Source: Tubiluchus corallicola (taxonomy: Eukaryota; Animalia; Priapulida). From it: a stretch of 64,000 nt of DNA. How positions within the stretch are numbered: position 1 is the first letter of the stretch; each line of letters begins with the position of its first letter. Below are positions 25,291 through 45,335 of this stretch, in pieces. Under the pieces are notes generated by a model. That model saw nothing but the letters and a program-made list of their open reading frames with translations, made no database searches and was not told the origin of the DNA. Where the stretch lies: positions 67,281-131,280 of the forward strand of contig JAQGDQ010000603.1 in the NCBI GenBank assembly GCA_030141605.1, given 5' to 3'. The position numbers and the translations under genes were made by a program.

Positions 25291-26141
25291 TAGTTGTGAC
25301 AACGTTTTGACTCAGATGCCATGATATATTGGCTGATGGATTTACTTTGACTTTTGTTTACTACTGTTGATTATGTTTACCATTTTTGTGTATAGGTATC
25401 AGACTATGATTTTGAGTGAAATACAGATTGCAAAGTTAAACCACGTTTTCAGTGATTGATTTCATCTATTTAGCACGAACATCGCAACTTCAAAAACAGT
25501 CTGATAAATCTGCCAATGTCAGTTGTTGACTATCCCCAAATCACCCCAGCGACAAGTTTAACATCAGGATATCTTGCATTGCTGACGGAAGCGCTTTGCT
25601 ACATTTTTGGCATAATACTACTGCTGACATATTGAACTGATATTCATACTAGCTCATATCTAACGCAAATAAAAACAATAAATAAAAATCAGTCCTGTTG
25701 AGATTGGTTTTGAGTAGTTTACGTTGGTTTGAAAGTTTATTAACCTGTGCTAACATTGCTGACTATACTCTATTTATTTTCTACACGCATTGGCCATGAA
25801 CTTCTAGAGGTTCGTGCATAATTTGCTACATAGGCATAAATACACGATGAAACGTAACGTAACAACACTGGTAGACCTATGTTTGAAGTTATTCAAACTG
25901 CTTTCCTCCAGTTTGCAAAAGAGTTCATATTACTGCCATAACTAGGTAGCTAGGTCCACTCCCAGGGACTTCAACATTGCATAAAAGTCGCTGGGTTGTG
26001 TTGTGCTTGTCCAGTGAATGTGCGCGTTGCTGAAATTTACAGATATCATTTTATGTTGCAGCAAAATCGTTTGTAGTTGTTTTATCCAGGTAACAAAGAC
26101 GTCTAGTTTGTGCTAAAGTACTGAAATAGACTAGTTAACAT

Positions 26142-26538
26142 TAGGGCTGAGCATTCTCTACCAGACAGCGAATTCGAATCGAATCGAATGTGTTACTTTC
26201 GAATTCTAATCGAATCGAATTTCAGTATTTCGGATTCGAATCGAATTCGTACTCAGTTTGAAAGATTTTCGAACCACCGGTAAAAAGCGGTCTTACAGAG
26301 ATTGTGCATATTATTCGATTTTGTTCTGCAGTAAAATCACCAATAATTTATTTAAAAATTGTACAGAGAAATCACAGCTATATTGTGCCAATTGTATGAA
26401 GTTTGATAAGTTTTAATGATAAGGAATCCATGTGGCCGAAGTGTTGAATTATTAGAATTTATAATTTTACGTTCGAATCGAATTCGAACTAAAAAAAACT
26501 CGCTCAAATCGAATTCGAACGTTCGATGCTCACTCTTA
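26142..26538. mobile_element. MITE-like element with TTCGAA/GAATC subterminal repeats
   Basis: Imperfect TIRs tagggctgagcat and atgctcactctta, with dense cgaattcgaatcgaat motifs at both ends. Confidence 0.6.
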
Positions 26539-27007
26539 TTTAACGTAGGCTATAGCATGTAATTTTAGAAGTTGGTGCAGTGAATGGGCTAAAGATAGAC
26601 CATTGTCTGACGATGTTTATTAAAATTTACAGCAGCATTACTGCCCAAAAGTGCCCGAAAGAATTCACGTGATCTGTGATAAATGATTAACGTGGTTATG
26701 GACAATGTGGATAAAAATGAATCTACGTAACCCAGATATTTTTCATTTCTAATTTGATTTGGAATTAAACTGAGGGACTAAAATCAAGCTGCTAGTAAAT
26801 AAGCAATGAGCTTATCGACTTTTAGTAGATAGCAAGTGCAAAATATCAATATTTATAAATGTATTAATATGTTTAGTGATATTCGTTTTTTCTTTGTTAA
26901 TTATATTTACTTCAGTATGTCCATAAATGGCACACTAACTTGTGAGATCTATTTACTGTGCTTTTCCAGTTTTTTTAGACTTTAGATCGTAAAACAAGGT
27001 TACAGCC

Positions 27008-30000
27008 ATGACCGACGAAAATGGACCAAAAGTAAAAGGTGAGCAAACCAAAACAATTACGTAACGTTCACTTGGACCAAATTTGCTGTTCACATTAACG
27101 TTCACTTGGACCAAATTTGCTGTTCACATTAACGTTCACTTGGATCAAATTTGCTGTTCACATTAACGTTCACTTGGATCAAATTTGCTGTTCACATTAA
27201 CGTTCGTTTGGATCAAATTTGCTGTTCACATTAACGTTCACTTTGATCAAATTTGCTGTTCACATTAACGTTCACTTGGATCAAATTTGCTGTTCACATT
27301 AACGTTCGTTTGGATCAAATTTGCTGTTCACATTAACGTTCACTTTGATCAAATTTGCTGTTCACATTAACGTTCACTTTGATCAAATTTGCTGTTCACA
27401 TTAACGTTCACTTGGATCAAATTTGCTGTTCACATTACTAAATTAAAGGTGGTGATTTTTCATATCAAGATTGTGTACAAAAATTAAAAGCACGCATTCA
27501 CTGTTTGCCACACAGCTTCTTAACAGCAACTGTTCTTTTAGCAATGCAAATGAATAGCTAAAAGGCTACAATACATAATTACCAGCTAAACTTAAAACAT
27601 CCAGCCTGGTAAGCGAAAGAATCGATGACCACTGGGTTCAATACTCGTTCTGGCAATTTGGTCTGCCAAACTGCCATTTTGTTGGAGGTTGCTCACCTCG
27701 CGTAGGAGGGGATTTAAGCATCCGAGCATGAATAAGACACCTGTGCCCATCCAACGCCTACGATGACATCTTAAATAATGAGCTAGATTTCAGTCCTACC
27801 ACTACCATCTAGATTAGGTAGGCCCTACAGTCCGATGCTGTCCACAGCTGACGGTGTGCCAAATTTTGATATAAAAAAACAAGATGCAGCCGCTTGTTTC
27901 GTACACTCTGAACATACTCTAGCTGTTTTTTATTGCGCGACCATAATAACCTATTTTGGTGGACTTGATGAACGTAACTTTGGTGGACTTGATGAACGTA
28001 ATTTTCGTGGACTTGATGAACGTAATTTTCGTGGACTTGATGAACGTAACTTTGGTGGACTTGATGAACGTAACTTTGGTGGACTTGATGAACGTAATTT
28101 TCGTGGACTTGATGAACGTAATTTTCGTGGACTTTATGAACGTAACTTTGGTGGACTTGATGAACGTAACTTTGGTGGACTTGATGAACGTAAATTTGGT
28201 GGACTTGATGAACTTAATTTTGGTGGACTTGATGAACGTAATTTTGGTGGACTTGATGAACGTAATTTTGGTGGACTTGATGAACGTAATTTTCGTGGAC
28301 TTGATGAACGTAATTTTCGTGGACTTGATGAACGTAATTTTGAGCGTCCATTCATTAAACCGACGAACATATTTCGAAGAACGTGTTGAACGTCTGTTTA
28401 CTATTTCAATGGACTTGTTGGACATTATTCTGGACGCAATGGACGGAGTTAAACGCCAGTGTACTAAACTGATGAACTTATGTACGTAATCTTGAACATA
28501 ACTTCAAGTACAAAATTTACTTCATTTTGAAGGCATGTGTGCTCATCGTTTATTTAAAAACAAGTGAGTTTCTTGTTCTAGCGGCGACGATGCACAAACG
28601 CCAAGCTACTTGCGCTGAATTTGTTTGTTTGTTGATACAAATGTGTTGCATTTACACTGTAAAATAAGTATGTGAACCTCTGCGACTTGACTATCTCCCC
28701 AGTATAGACTTCCCTAATTCAGACCTCCATCAGTGCAGACCTCCCCAATGTAGACCCCCTCAATGTAGATATTCCCTTTGATTAGAACTCCTAGTGACAA
28801 GTTCTTAGCTTTTTTTTAGTTTATTGTTATCAGTTTTTCTTGTTGTTGAGATCTGTAAGGTTAGAATTAAACAAGCTCAAACGAGCCATAACATCCCAGA
28901 AGGCAGCTGGGAACGTGAACAAACAAGCAGCGTTTGCAAAGCAAACTGTCCGCAAGGACAAGAACAAGAACAACCCAAACAACATCCTATTTTACGTTGT
29001 AAAAAGTCTAATCTGGCACGCCTTTAATAGGCCCTACACTTTATCAATCATCGCGATACTGCTCCATTAACAGTCAAAGTTCATTTTTGCTTCTCTACCT
29101 AGACTGACTAAAAGTAAAAGCCTGATTACTGCAACTATTAATAGATTTTGTATTTCAAAACGAAAGAAATTAAATGTACAATTGATGTGCTTGGTTTGAG
29201 TATTTCATCACAAAACTAACTTAACTAACGAGTCACAGCTTCTGTACAGATTTCTGTAGCATGTACTGTGTTAATAAGTTTTATTTTAGGACTTTTGGAA
29301 AGACTCAAAGATGGCGAATTTGTCATTTGTGCGGAAGGATTTCTGTTCGAATTCGAGCGCCGTGGATTTCTAAAAGCTGGACATTTTGTACCGGAAGTGG
29401 TCATAGAACATCCTCATTTAGTCAGGCAATTGCACCATGAATACGCACGCGTCGGTAGTGACGTTGTCTTGGCTTTTACGGTTAGTACGTTGGACGAAAG
29501 TGTGTCATAAGTTTTCCAAGTTGAGTTACCGCAATGGAAGAACATGGTTCAGCAAGCTACGTACATTAAGGGTGTGGCCGAAAATCTGTTCTAAAATATT
29601 TTTAAGGCAAATCACTGAAATAAGACCAGTACAACTCTAGGTAAAAGTCTACAGTTGAAAGGTGAATATATGAACAGTAGTACAGAAAACTAGAATTATT
29701 ATAGAACTTAGTATCTGTATGTTTACCTTGAAACAGAAATAGTTGCATCTTTCAGGAAAAGAATTTTGTGGTAAATAATTCAAAACAGGATTCATAAATG
29801 ATTCACCTTCACCTAGAAACGTAAGCAAAAAGCTGAGGAGGAGCAGCAGCTTTACTCAGCGTCACGGCTGACTGATTGACTACACGGCTATCTGGCTGTC
29901 TCTTTGGTTGTTTGACAGACTACCTGCTTGGTCGATCAAACGACAAGTTGACTACTTCTTGACTGCGTGGGCTAGTTATTTAACAAACTAGTCAACTGAT

Positions 30001-33000
30001 CGACCTGAGTGGTGATTCTAAGAAGTAACTGATTGTCTAAATGAGTCTAAAAGTCGTAAAATGACTGACTCACTGACGTATATGGACATGTATGGTATAT
30101 GATGTAGATTTTTTTCATTTTCAGTATTATGCGCACAGAGGGAAACTGAGATTCATAGGAAAGGAACATGAATTGGAAACCATAAACAGAGCAGCTCTAC
30201 GAATTGCACGTGAAGTTGCCGATGAGACTGGAACACTGATGGCGGGAAATATTTGTAACTCGAATATTTATACGTTTCCAACAAACAAGGAAAATGAGGA
30301 AGAAGTTAGACAAATGTTTCGAGTAAGCTTAGAAACTTCTGCTACTTTTGTTAAGTTAATGTGATCGAAATAAATAATGTGTGCAAATGAAACATTCTGC
30401 TTCATATGTCTAATGACGTGCTAATCAATCCCATCAAGATTAAACTTCATCTGCATCTCTACCTGTACCAGTACTTGTAGCTGTACTCTTTGCCTGTACC
30501 TGTAACTATACCTGTATCTGTCACTGCAGCTGTACCCATACCTGTACCTGTACTTGTATCCAATTCGTGGGAAATCTGATTAAATTGTTATGTTTAATTT
30601 TGTTTGTGATTGTCAAGTTAGTCACTTGTTTATTTATTTGCAACGTTATATTACAAATAAGCACATTGAAAACTTAAAAATGCGCGTGATTTTGGATATT
30701 ACTTTCTTGGTATTGAATTTAACGTTAATGCCTGCTACAATTCCCGTAAAAAGGCATTTATATTCTGTAAAATCCGTTTATATTTTTGATTTTTGTAGTT
30801 CTTCGTTGTTGGTCACTCTGTGACGAGCTACAAGCGAAAATGAGAGCGACGCATGATAAGCATGCTGCTCGACACGTTATTAAATCATGTGGGGCTTGGA
30901 ATTTCCTAAATTTATGAAAAAATACCCTCTGCTAAAAACGAATCATTAGGATGATAATGGTTATGGTAACTTGCGTTATGTAGTAGTCATTTTTGCAAGT
31001 CTGGTAGGGTCTATTTTCTCTACATTTGCAATTCTAGTACTTTATCATCTAGTACTTATAAATGTTGCATTGCTTCTGGATACCAAAACTGTGGCTTGAA
31101 ATTTGAATACATTTGGTAAAATCGAATCACTGCAGCAACATAAACAGTACACATTCACACGTGCTTTAATACTTTCACATTCACACGTGCTGTAATACTT
31201 TCACATTCACACGTGTCACTTCAACCCTGCAAGTATGCAAGCACTTCTATAAATATACAAAATAACCAACGTACATGTTGAAAAAAATGAAATAACAGGA
31301 ACGAATAACGTATCTTTTCTGTTAAAAAGAAGACTAAAACAAGACACTTATATGCAGTAGTATTTGGCATATCCAAGAAACATTTTTTGTTTTAGGAACA
31401 GGTGGCTTGGGCACTCGAAGAAGGGGCTGATTTCATACTAATGGAAACAACATCTTATCTTGGTGAAGCAATGATTGCACTAGAAGAAATTAAAGCAACC
31501 GGTAAACAATTAAAGCAAGAAACTAACAATCTTTCTAGCATTGTACTCCATCTGTGATACCAATTTTCATATGCTTTTACACTATGTTTGAATCATTACG
31601 GCTCTTTATGGTAATTCGATTCAAACACGATAGATGGTGATGACTTTTGACATCATTCGTTAATGAAATTATTAAAATTTGAAGCCTAACACCAATTATT
31701 TGTTTACTCATTGATAGCCCCTCTGTTTATAAATCATAATCCCTCTGTGATGGGCACTTCTTAGGCACATATGACAACTGACAAAACCTTTATCACAATA
31801 AATATGCACTAGATTTAGTCGTTTTAGTGAAATAAATTAATCAAATCTAAAAACTTCAGAGATTGATTTATTCCTTGATTTCAGGCTTACCAGCTGTTGT
31901 CAACTTCCACGTAGCTGTTCTAGAAACAACATTAGATGACGTACCATTCCCAGAAGCTTTTCAAAAACTAAAAGAAGCTGGAGCAGCCGTAGTGGGACTT
32001 AATTGCGGCAGAGGTCCTGCCACGATAATGCCTACTATAAAAGAAATTCGAAAACAATTCGACGTAAGCAAAAATTGAGTTTTCTTGCTAACACCAAGTA
32101 AATTAGCTTGGCCGAGGTAAAAATATTTTTCACGTAATCAGTATCAAATTAAAGTCTAACCAACATTGCAGGAATATTTCACATAGATTCCTTGCTCTGT
32201 AGTAATTTTGAGCCACGTGTCACTCGAATAGGACTCTCTGCTTTCCTTCCTATGTATACTTAATTTTAATTGAGTGCAGGGTCATATACTGGAGGAAGAA
32301 TGGCATTGGGAGAAGGGAAGAAAGGCATAACGAGGTTATGAATATAGATGAGTTGTCACCTGTCCTTAGGCCTATAGGCATGGGCTATGGGTTAGCATAA
32401 CTTCAAATTACTTTACAACAGTACAAATTAAAGATATGGTGCCAAAACGATAATAAACAAAATAAATATTCGTACAAAATTGTACAAAAACTATAAATAA
32501 TTACCAAAAAAGCTAGGCTAAAGTATACAATTCCCCACACACAAGATATTAGTTCGTGAAGTGGATTAGGATTAGGATATTTAAATTGTGTGGGGAATTA
32601 TAAACTCCTTCCAAAAACTGTAACTACAATAAATAGTTTTGTAGGTCACTAATAGTCAAAAACAGTGAAACCATTGGTTGCAAAGTATTTTGAATTCAAC
32701 AAAAACAAAAGCCCATATTGTGCATCTACACAGTTTAAACAAAAGCCCATGTTGTGCATTTAGACTGCTTAAACAAAAGCCCATATTGTGCATCTGCACA
32801 GCTGAAACAAAATCCCATATTGTGTATCTGCACAGCTCAAACAAAATCCCATTCTGTGCATCTACACAGCTTAAATAAAAGCCCATATAGCGCACTTATG
32901 GAGCTTAATTTGTAGCGATCTTTAGTTTGTGGGTATGCCTTAGACAAAGCTTAGTTAACAGCAATCTATTTGTTTGATTTAGGGACCAATGGCAGCAATA

Positions 33001-33509
33001 CCAGTACCTTTCAGAACAGATTCCAAACATCTAAATATGCAATCTTTAAGAGACGAGAACGGTAAGATCCTGTTTTAACTCTTTTGGCCTCCATAAATTT
33101 GCTTAAAGACAATTTCATTTAACTAGAAGTTCAAACTTCACATGCAATTCATTTTAACGGTATGAATGCTGTAAGTCAACGAAAGCAGGGATTAACGCGA
33201 GTGAACATCTTATATTTTCCAGGCGAGAGAGCATTTCCAGAGCTAGAAGCTCATCTCTGTTCCAGAAAACAGATTGCAAAATTCACCCAGGAATGCGAGG
33301 ACAATAACATACAATTTCTTGGAATATGCTGTGGCAACATTGTTTGTTACATTAGAACAATCGCAGAGACTCTTGGGAGGCGACCAGAAGCGAGCAAATA
33401 TTCCCCAGACCTCAAATTGCACTTCGGATTTGGGTCCAAAACAACGAACCCCAAACATACGGAATACCATACAGAAGTGGAAGCTAGAAGACTGGGATGG
33501 AAAGATTAG
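27008..33509 (+). CDS. BHMT: BHMT-like gene, copy 2 (356 aa, complete)
   Basis: Exons 27008-27038 ([10 protein letters not shown]), 29290-29480, 30125-30322, 31396-31501, 31885-32063, 32983-33061 and 33223-33509. All introns are GT-AG, the frame is open, and GLNC and GICCG are present. Confidence 0.93.
27063..27436. repeat. 34-bp minisatellite x11 in intron 1 of copy 2
   Basis: Unit aacgttcacttggatcaaatttgctgttcacatt; there are no spacers. Confidence 0.95.
27955..28341. repeat. 24-bp minisatellite x16 in intron 1 of copy 2
   Basis: Unit ttt(g/c)gtggacttgatgaacgtaa(c/t). It is absent from the paralogous position in copy 1 (about 540). Confidence 0.95.
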
Positions 33510-34166
33510 ATAAAACTGGACAAAATACGAATCTATGTTGGATTTTGTGTATTGGTTTGAGCACATTTACATGGTTCTAAACATAAAGTAACCAATGTAT
33601 AAAAAACAGTAGGTGGTAGTCAGGAAAACGGACTGCAAATTTGTACTTTGTTTTACGTAATGAGTCTCTAAATGGTTTGTTATTTCTGTCTTAGATTTGT
33701 AAATTAAAGCTTATAAACATTTGTAAATAAATGTAGAAATGTTGTGCACCAGATATTTTGAAGTTTTGCTTTATTTTTGGTGTTTGTGATGTTTAATTCT
33801 TATTGAAATACAGAATGCTCTTTTTCTCAATGGCAAGTTGTCTGAAGTAGATTAGACATCATTTCAGAGAAAACGACTTTTTGAAGGTATAATCACAGGG
33901 TTCAAAAGGCGGTGAGAAGGGCTAATTGCTGGCGTTACAGAGAAGCACTGTAATAGCAAATGAAATAACTTATGTCAATCGGACAGATTATGTCCACACA
34001 ATAAATAACTCAAAATGAGCTACAAAAATGATACGACTAGCCAGGCGTAACTTAAATAAGATAAATAAATGATGCAGGTTAGGAGAAACAAAAGAACAAC
34101 GCACAAATTATTATGTAGTTAAATTTCTTTCGAATATATAATATGCGTCTGTGTTACAAAACATTG

Positions 34167-35882
34167 TTTTCAAATCATATTCCACTTATCAAGCACGTGT
34201 GGCTTCATGCGGAACAGTATAAGAACGTTACTCTCACATTTACTCTCGGCTTGACTGTGTAAGACATATAATAAGCTCCTACTGTGGCATAGGTATGCGG
34301 TGCCTATGATAAAAACATTAAACTAAACTAATTGATGACAATAATTACACTATACTTTACCGGCGACGTAAACACACGTACATCAACGGAAGTTTTCATG
34401 AGAAGGACCCGGATGTGAAAACAACTACGCCAACATCCAATCAAGAGCCTGCAGACCTGAGCGCGTGATTCAGTATATTGCCTATTAAGGTCTATGCACG
34501 TGATCGTGTTAACAAGACAATAACCAATCAGCAGTGTGTAGGTGGGTCATGTCATCTGTCCAGAGTAGTATTTAAGGAGGACAGATCCAGAGGAAGACAC
34601 ATTCGCTGCTGACAAGGTCTGGTAACAGAAGGTTTGATAACAAACTCTGCTACCACAAGAGTTGCTAACAAACTCTGCTACCACAAGAGTTGCTAACAAA
34701 CTCTGTTAACACAAGAGTTGCTAACAAGCTCTGTTATTTCAAGAGCTGCTAATTATAAGCCCTGAACCATAATAAAGCAATTAAATAAACAATTCAAAAT
34801 TGTCTATCAAGGCCAACATTTCTCCAATGTCAGTTTTCCTGCTATAAACTTCAAGAACTAATTTGTGCTGAAATGTGCCTTAGGCTTAACAGTCAGATGA
34901 ACCCAAGCCATTGGTGCAAAGTACCATCATCTGTACACCTTTCTGTTACGTGAACCCCTAGCCGCGTTACACTACTGCATAAAGCAGGTATTTTACAGAG
35001 TCAGAAATCATTAGTGTCACTTTGGAGATAGTATTAAAGTATTAAAATTGATAAAAGGTTGACTAACATAAGCCACTTTAGCAAGCGTGTACTAATTATA
35101 TGCAGAGCATATCAATAGAAAATGTGCTGAAGTTTCAAGCGTACATGTTTTAATGTTAAATAGCCTCACAAATTTGGCGCATTCACTTTCAAACTGGATT
35201 GTAGTAGAAAACATAAATCTCAAAACGTTTGGTATGTCACTACGCTCTTCAAACAGAGTTCCTCTTAAAATAGACCAATATAGCAGTGCACAGGCCATGC
35301 CCTGGGCTACTCTGATACAACCATGAACTTCTGGATAACCTCGTTAGACGTTTCTCAACACAAACTTCACTATTCATACATTCCTTTGCTTGGTATACTG
35401 GTCATTCCGTGTTTGCATTTTGCAGTTATTAAAGTGTGCCAAACTGCTTTAATCTGGTTTTGAAAATATTGACATCTTGAAAGCTACTTTTATCAGTTCG
35501 CAAGCACTACGCAAAACTTTGCTGAATTGTGCAATTTTGTCATCAAATTAGGCCTTCACATGACTGAGCTTATGGTAATGTAGAATATTTTTTTTGTTCT
35601 GTGCAGAACAACTTTTTTACTTAAGAAAGCGTCATGTATGTAGCTATAATTACAGTAACACATGATATTGTGCTTAATATTAACATTTATATCTTCTTAT
35701 TATGCAGTAGTAGGTTATTATATTTTTATGCAGTCAAGCCGAGGTTACATGTGAGCAACTCATTTAGTAGTAGAATAATGTATTACTATAATGTTGTTCT
35801 ATAATTGAATAACCAGTAAGCGTTCTTACGCTATTTCGCATGAAGCCACACGTGCTTGGTAAGTGGAATGTGATTTTGGAAA
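34167..35882. mobile_element. Long-TIR (foldback-like) DNA element
   Basis: 34167-34282 plus 34976 onward is an imperfect reverse complement of about 35690-35882 (attccactta.caagcacgtgtggcttcatgcg ... ctcggcttgactg). Confidence 0.7.
34283..34971 (+). mobile_element. Solo LTR (689 bp) inserted in the left TIR
   Basis: TGT...ACA ends, a 4-bp TSD ctac (34279-34282 and 34972-34975), TATA-like tatttaa at about 34570, AATAAA at about 34771, and internal short tandem units. Confidence 0.8.
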
Positions 35883-36216
35883 CTTTTAAAAAAATATTAA
35901 TTTTTATTTTTCGTTGGTGCGATATCCATTATTTTGACCTTCATTATTAATAATAATTTGCTTATTTTATTGACTAGTGTTCACTAAACTGGCTTACCAG
36001 TTGTTTTGTAAACTAACAGCTGGTTTCTCATGGTTTCTTCTCCTGCCTTTTTCCTGTTTTTACATTTGTAAGCAATGTGACAATAGATATAGAATTTTTG
36101 TAATGAACTATCTACTAGTGTTTTTATTGCTCGCGTCTTATCAATTTTCATGATCTTTCCTCAAGTTTTTGTTGTTGTTGACAGTTTACATTCAAATCAA
36201 TAAGCCAAGATAAGCA

Positions 36217-42142
<5,926 letters not shown>

Positions 42143-42168
42143 TTGAAGCTGTAGGGACCCTATGTAGG

Positions 42169-42243
42169 TCAATAGGGACCAAATCAACAAATCCCAAACA
42201 CATTACGGAAATGGAAGCCAGAACACTGGGCTTGAAAGTATAA
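42169..42243 (+). pseudogene. Degenerate tandem duplicate of the BHMT C-terminal codons in the 3' UTR of copy 3
   Basis: Reads SIGTKSTNPKHITEMEARTLGLKV*, versus [27 protein letters not shown] in the gene. Confidence 0.75.
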
Positions 42244-43720
42244 TAATTGAAGTTGTAATATAGCAAAAACTAATAAAATGTGAGCTGCAGGTTACATGTG
42301 CCCACTATATTGTGCATAATACAGTAATACTATGTGTCAGTTGCAAATTTGAAAGTGGTAGTGGAGTAAGGGCCAATATGTGTAACTTCTGGACGAATAT
42401 TTGGTATATAAGATTTCGTTATACATTAGTACTCCTATACACTGAAACATTATTTTGATGTTTTACATACATACAGTTTGTAAATAAAGGTGCGCACTAA
42501 ATACAATATGTTTTTTGCTTCTGTGTTTCTAGTGAACCGCAAACGTATTGATTTTAATTAGTACCTGATTGAATCTGTACTTTTTTATTTAAGGCTGTGG
42601 CTTCCTGACTGGCTCACTTTACATGTGTATTGAGCATTATTAGAACAGACAGCTAAGCAAAAAAATAATTGGCTAGTACACCTGCTGTAGTATAAGGTGA
42701 AAACTGATATATATACCATACTACAATAGACACGGCTACTAGCTAATAGATTGAAACTTTTCTAACGATGTGCATAGTGTCTTTATTGTTGGAAAGTTCT
42801 ATTCAACAGTCAGTTCAGAAGAGAGAATGTTCTGGAAAAGTGTCAGTCAATCAGCATTCAAACCCAAAACCTTGTGGTTTCAGGCTAAATATTCTAGCCA
42901 TGTGAGTTAGAAATCCACTTGGCCAAAGCAGGTTTGAATTCTGAAGCTATGAGTCAGACTGGCTTTCAATCAGAGCCACCTATCTGCAGCCTCTAGCGTT
43001 TTTTCTAAAATCGGTTTTCACAACTTTAATTTTGCTCGACTTTAAACATGAACTTATGATTTCCAATACAAGTTGTCAGCCTTCAGCTGAGTTCATAATG
43101 ATACACGTCTTTTTCGAAACACCATGCCTCCTTTCGGTCCCGGAAAGAACTACTTGGCTACGACGATTCTTTAGCAAAGCGAGGCAACACGACTCCTGCA
43201 TTTCCATCATTATGGCATCTCATCTATCTTATGCAAACTCCAGGCGTAGCCGACTCTAGACAGTTTGAGGCCTTGGCAAAAGTATTTTTAACGACACCTC
43301 CTTAACGGTCAGCCCGTTTCCCACATAGCTCCACCTGTTAACCAAAATCGAATTTTTGTTGTGCATAATAAAGTATAAAGGCATCTGTGTGTTGGGCTTA
43401 TACGTGTATTATAGTGTAGTAAGTATGAACAAGCGTAGTTAATTTCCTATCTACAGCTTATGTTGGTAACATTTGACACCACTCAACACCCAGGAACAAT
43501 CAAAATTTCTACAATTTCTGCTGCACACTCTTCACGTACATAACGTTGGCTATATGGTATTGTGGTTGACTTTGGTAACTTTTACTTTTTCGCCACCCTT
43601 TCACCAATCACTTGAACATCATTAACTCAGATAATTTATTCATTTAATAATCTTGTCACTTTGTATCATATTATCATTTCATGCTCTGTGTTTTTCTTGT
43701 AAAAAGGTGATAAATAAAGA

Positions 43721-43755
<35 letters not shown>

Positions 43756-44668
43756 CCCAATTCCCTTTTTCCCACTGTTTCGCTAGTTTCATCATCTTGA
43801 CAACCAAAACTCTAGTCTGTTTGCAAATACTTCATTAGCGAATGTTTTTGCTGTTTAATGGCCGCCAGCAACCTTTCGTTTCCTGTATTACGTTCAAGAA
43901 TGCGTCGATTCTAGTAGGTTTATCTACCATTACTAAGATTTTGCCATAGAAAAAATTTTCTTGCTATATAGAAAATGTTTTTTTATTAAAGGAAGACCGC
44001 GCGATTGTTTATAATCAATCTCATTTTAATTTACTGTCCAAAATTGACATTTTCTTGCCTATACAAGTTAACAATTGTTCCTTATATTTGAATAATTAGC
44101 TTAGAACGGCAACCAGATACAGCTATTGCTTACGTCAGAAACTAACGTAAACAATTGCACATACACTATGTTATTACTTATGTGCACCTAGTTTGCGTAG
44201 AGGTAGAGCCGGGCCTCTATCCAGGGTCCTAAAAAGTGAATTCCCTCGTGACCTACCAAGTTTGCTAGATAGCGTCCTAGAAAGCGATTTTCATTTACTT
44301 TTGATCTGGGATTGTAAACTTTCATGCCTTAGTTGTACGCTTGACTGCTCATCTTGGACTTTGGCTTGGCCTCTCATATTAAATTGTTTATTGTAGTTAA
44401 ATGTGACATTTCAGCAACTACCTTGGATACTTGTAGGAACTATAAGGTAAGTACGATGATTAAAAATACGTTCTTCTGGCAGTAAGCGAGTCTATAATAA
44501 CCACCTCTTTTTCGAGTAGTTTTCTAAAATGTAATAAGAAATGTAATGAAATGTAAATGGAATAAAAAATTTGTTCGATTGTAAGATTTCTGTATCTTTG
44601 TCTAAATGCATAATAATTTTGCCCTTAATTTATTTTAACTCTCTCACTTGCACGCACAAATCACAAGC

Positions 44669-44671
<3 letters not shown>

Positions 44672-44751
<80 letters not shown>

Positions 44752-44918
44752 TTTTCGTCTCTCTCTCTCTCTCTCTCTCTTCCCTTTCGTCTCTCTCTCC
44801 CCCTCTCTTTCTCTCTCTCTCTCTTTCTCCCCCTCTCTGTCTCTCTCTCTCTCTTTCTCCCCCTCTGTCTCTTCCTTTTCGGCTCTCTCTTTCTGCCCCT
44901 CTGTCTCTTTTCGCCTCC

Positions 44919-44961
<43 letters not shown>

Positions 44962-45195
44962 CTCTCGTCTCTCTCTCTCCCTCTCTTTCTCTCTCTCTCT
45001 CTCTCACTCTCTCTCTCTCTCTTTCTCCCCCCTCTCTCTTCCTTTTCGTCTCTCTCTTCTCTCTGTCTCTCTCTCTCTCTTTCTCTCCCTCTGTCTCTTC
45101 CTTTTCGGCTCTCTCTTTCTGCCCCTCTGTCTCTTCATTTTCGCCTCTCTCTGTCTCTTTCTGTCTTTTTTTCTCTCCCTCTGTTTCTTCCTTTC

Positions 45196-45236
<41 letters not shown>

Positions 45237-45257
45237 CCCCTCTGTCTCTTCCTTTTC

Positions 45258-45315
<58 letters not shown>

Positions 45316-45335
45316 CTCTCTCTCTCGCTCTCGCT
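44672..45335. repeat. (CT)n-rich polypyrimidine tract of about 660 bp
   Basis: Direct reading. It lies just upstream of the first coding exon of copy 4. Confidence 0.95.

Noticed and set aside
27063-27436. CRISPR-like 34-bp repeats
   Set aside because: The units are directly adjacent with no unique spacers, there are no cas genes, and the context is a eukaryotic intron.
27835-28489. ORFs of 168-184 aa made of 8-aa repeats as neuropeptide precursors
   Set aside because: They are minisatellite read-through in several frames. The N-terminal part is ordinary intron sequence shared with copy 1, and there is no signal peptide.
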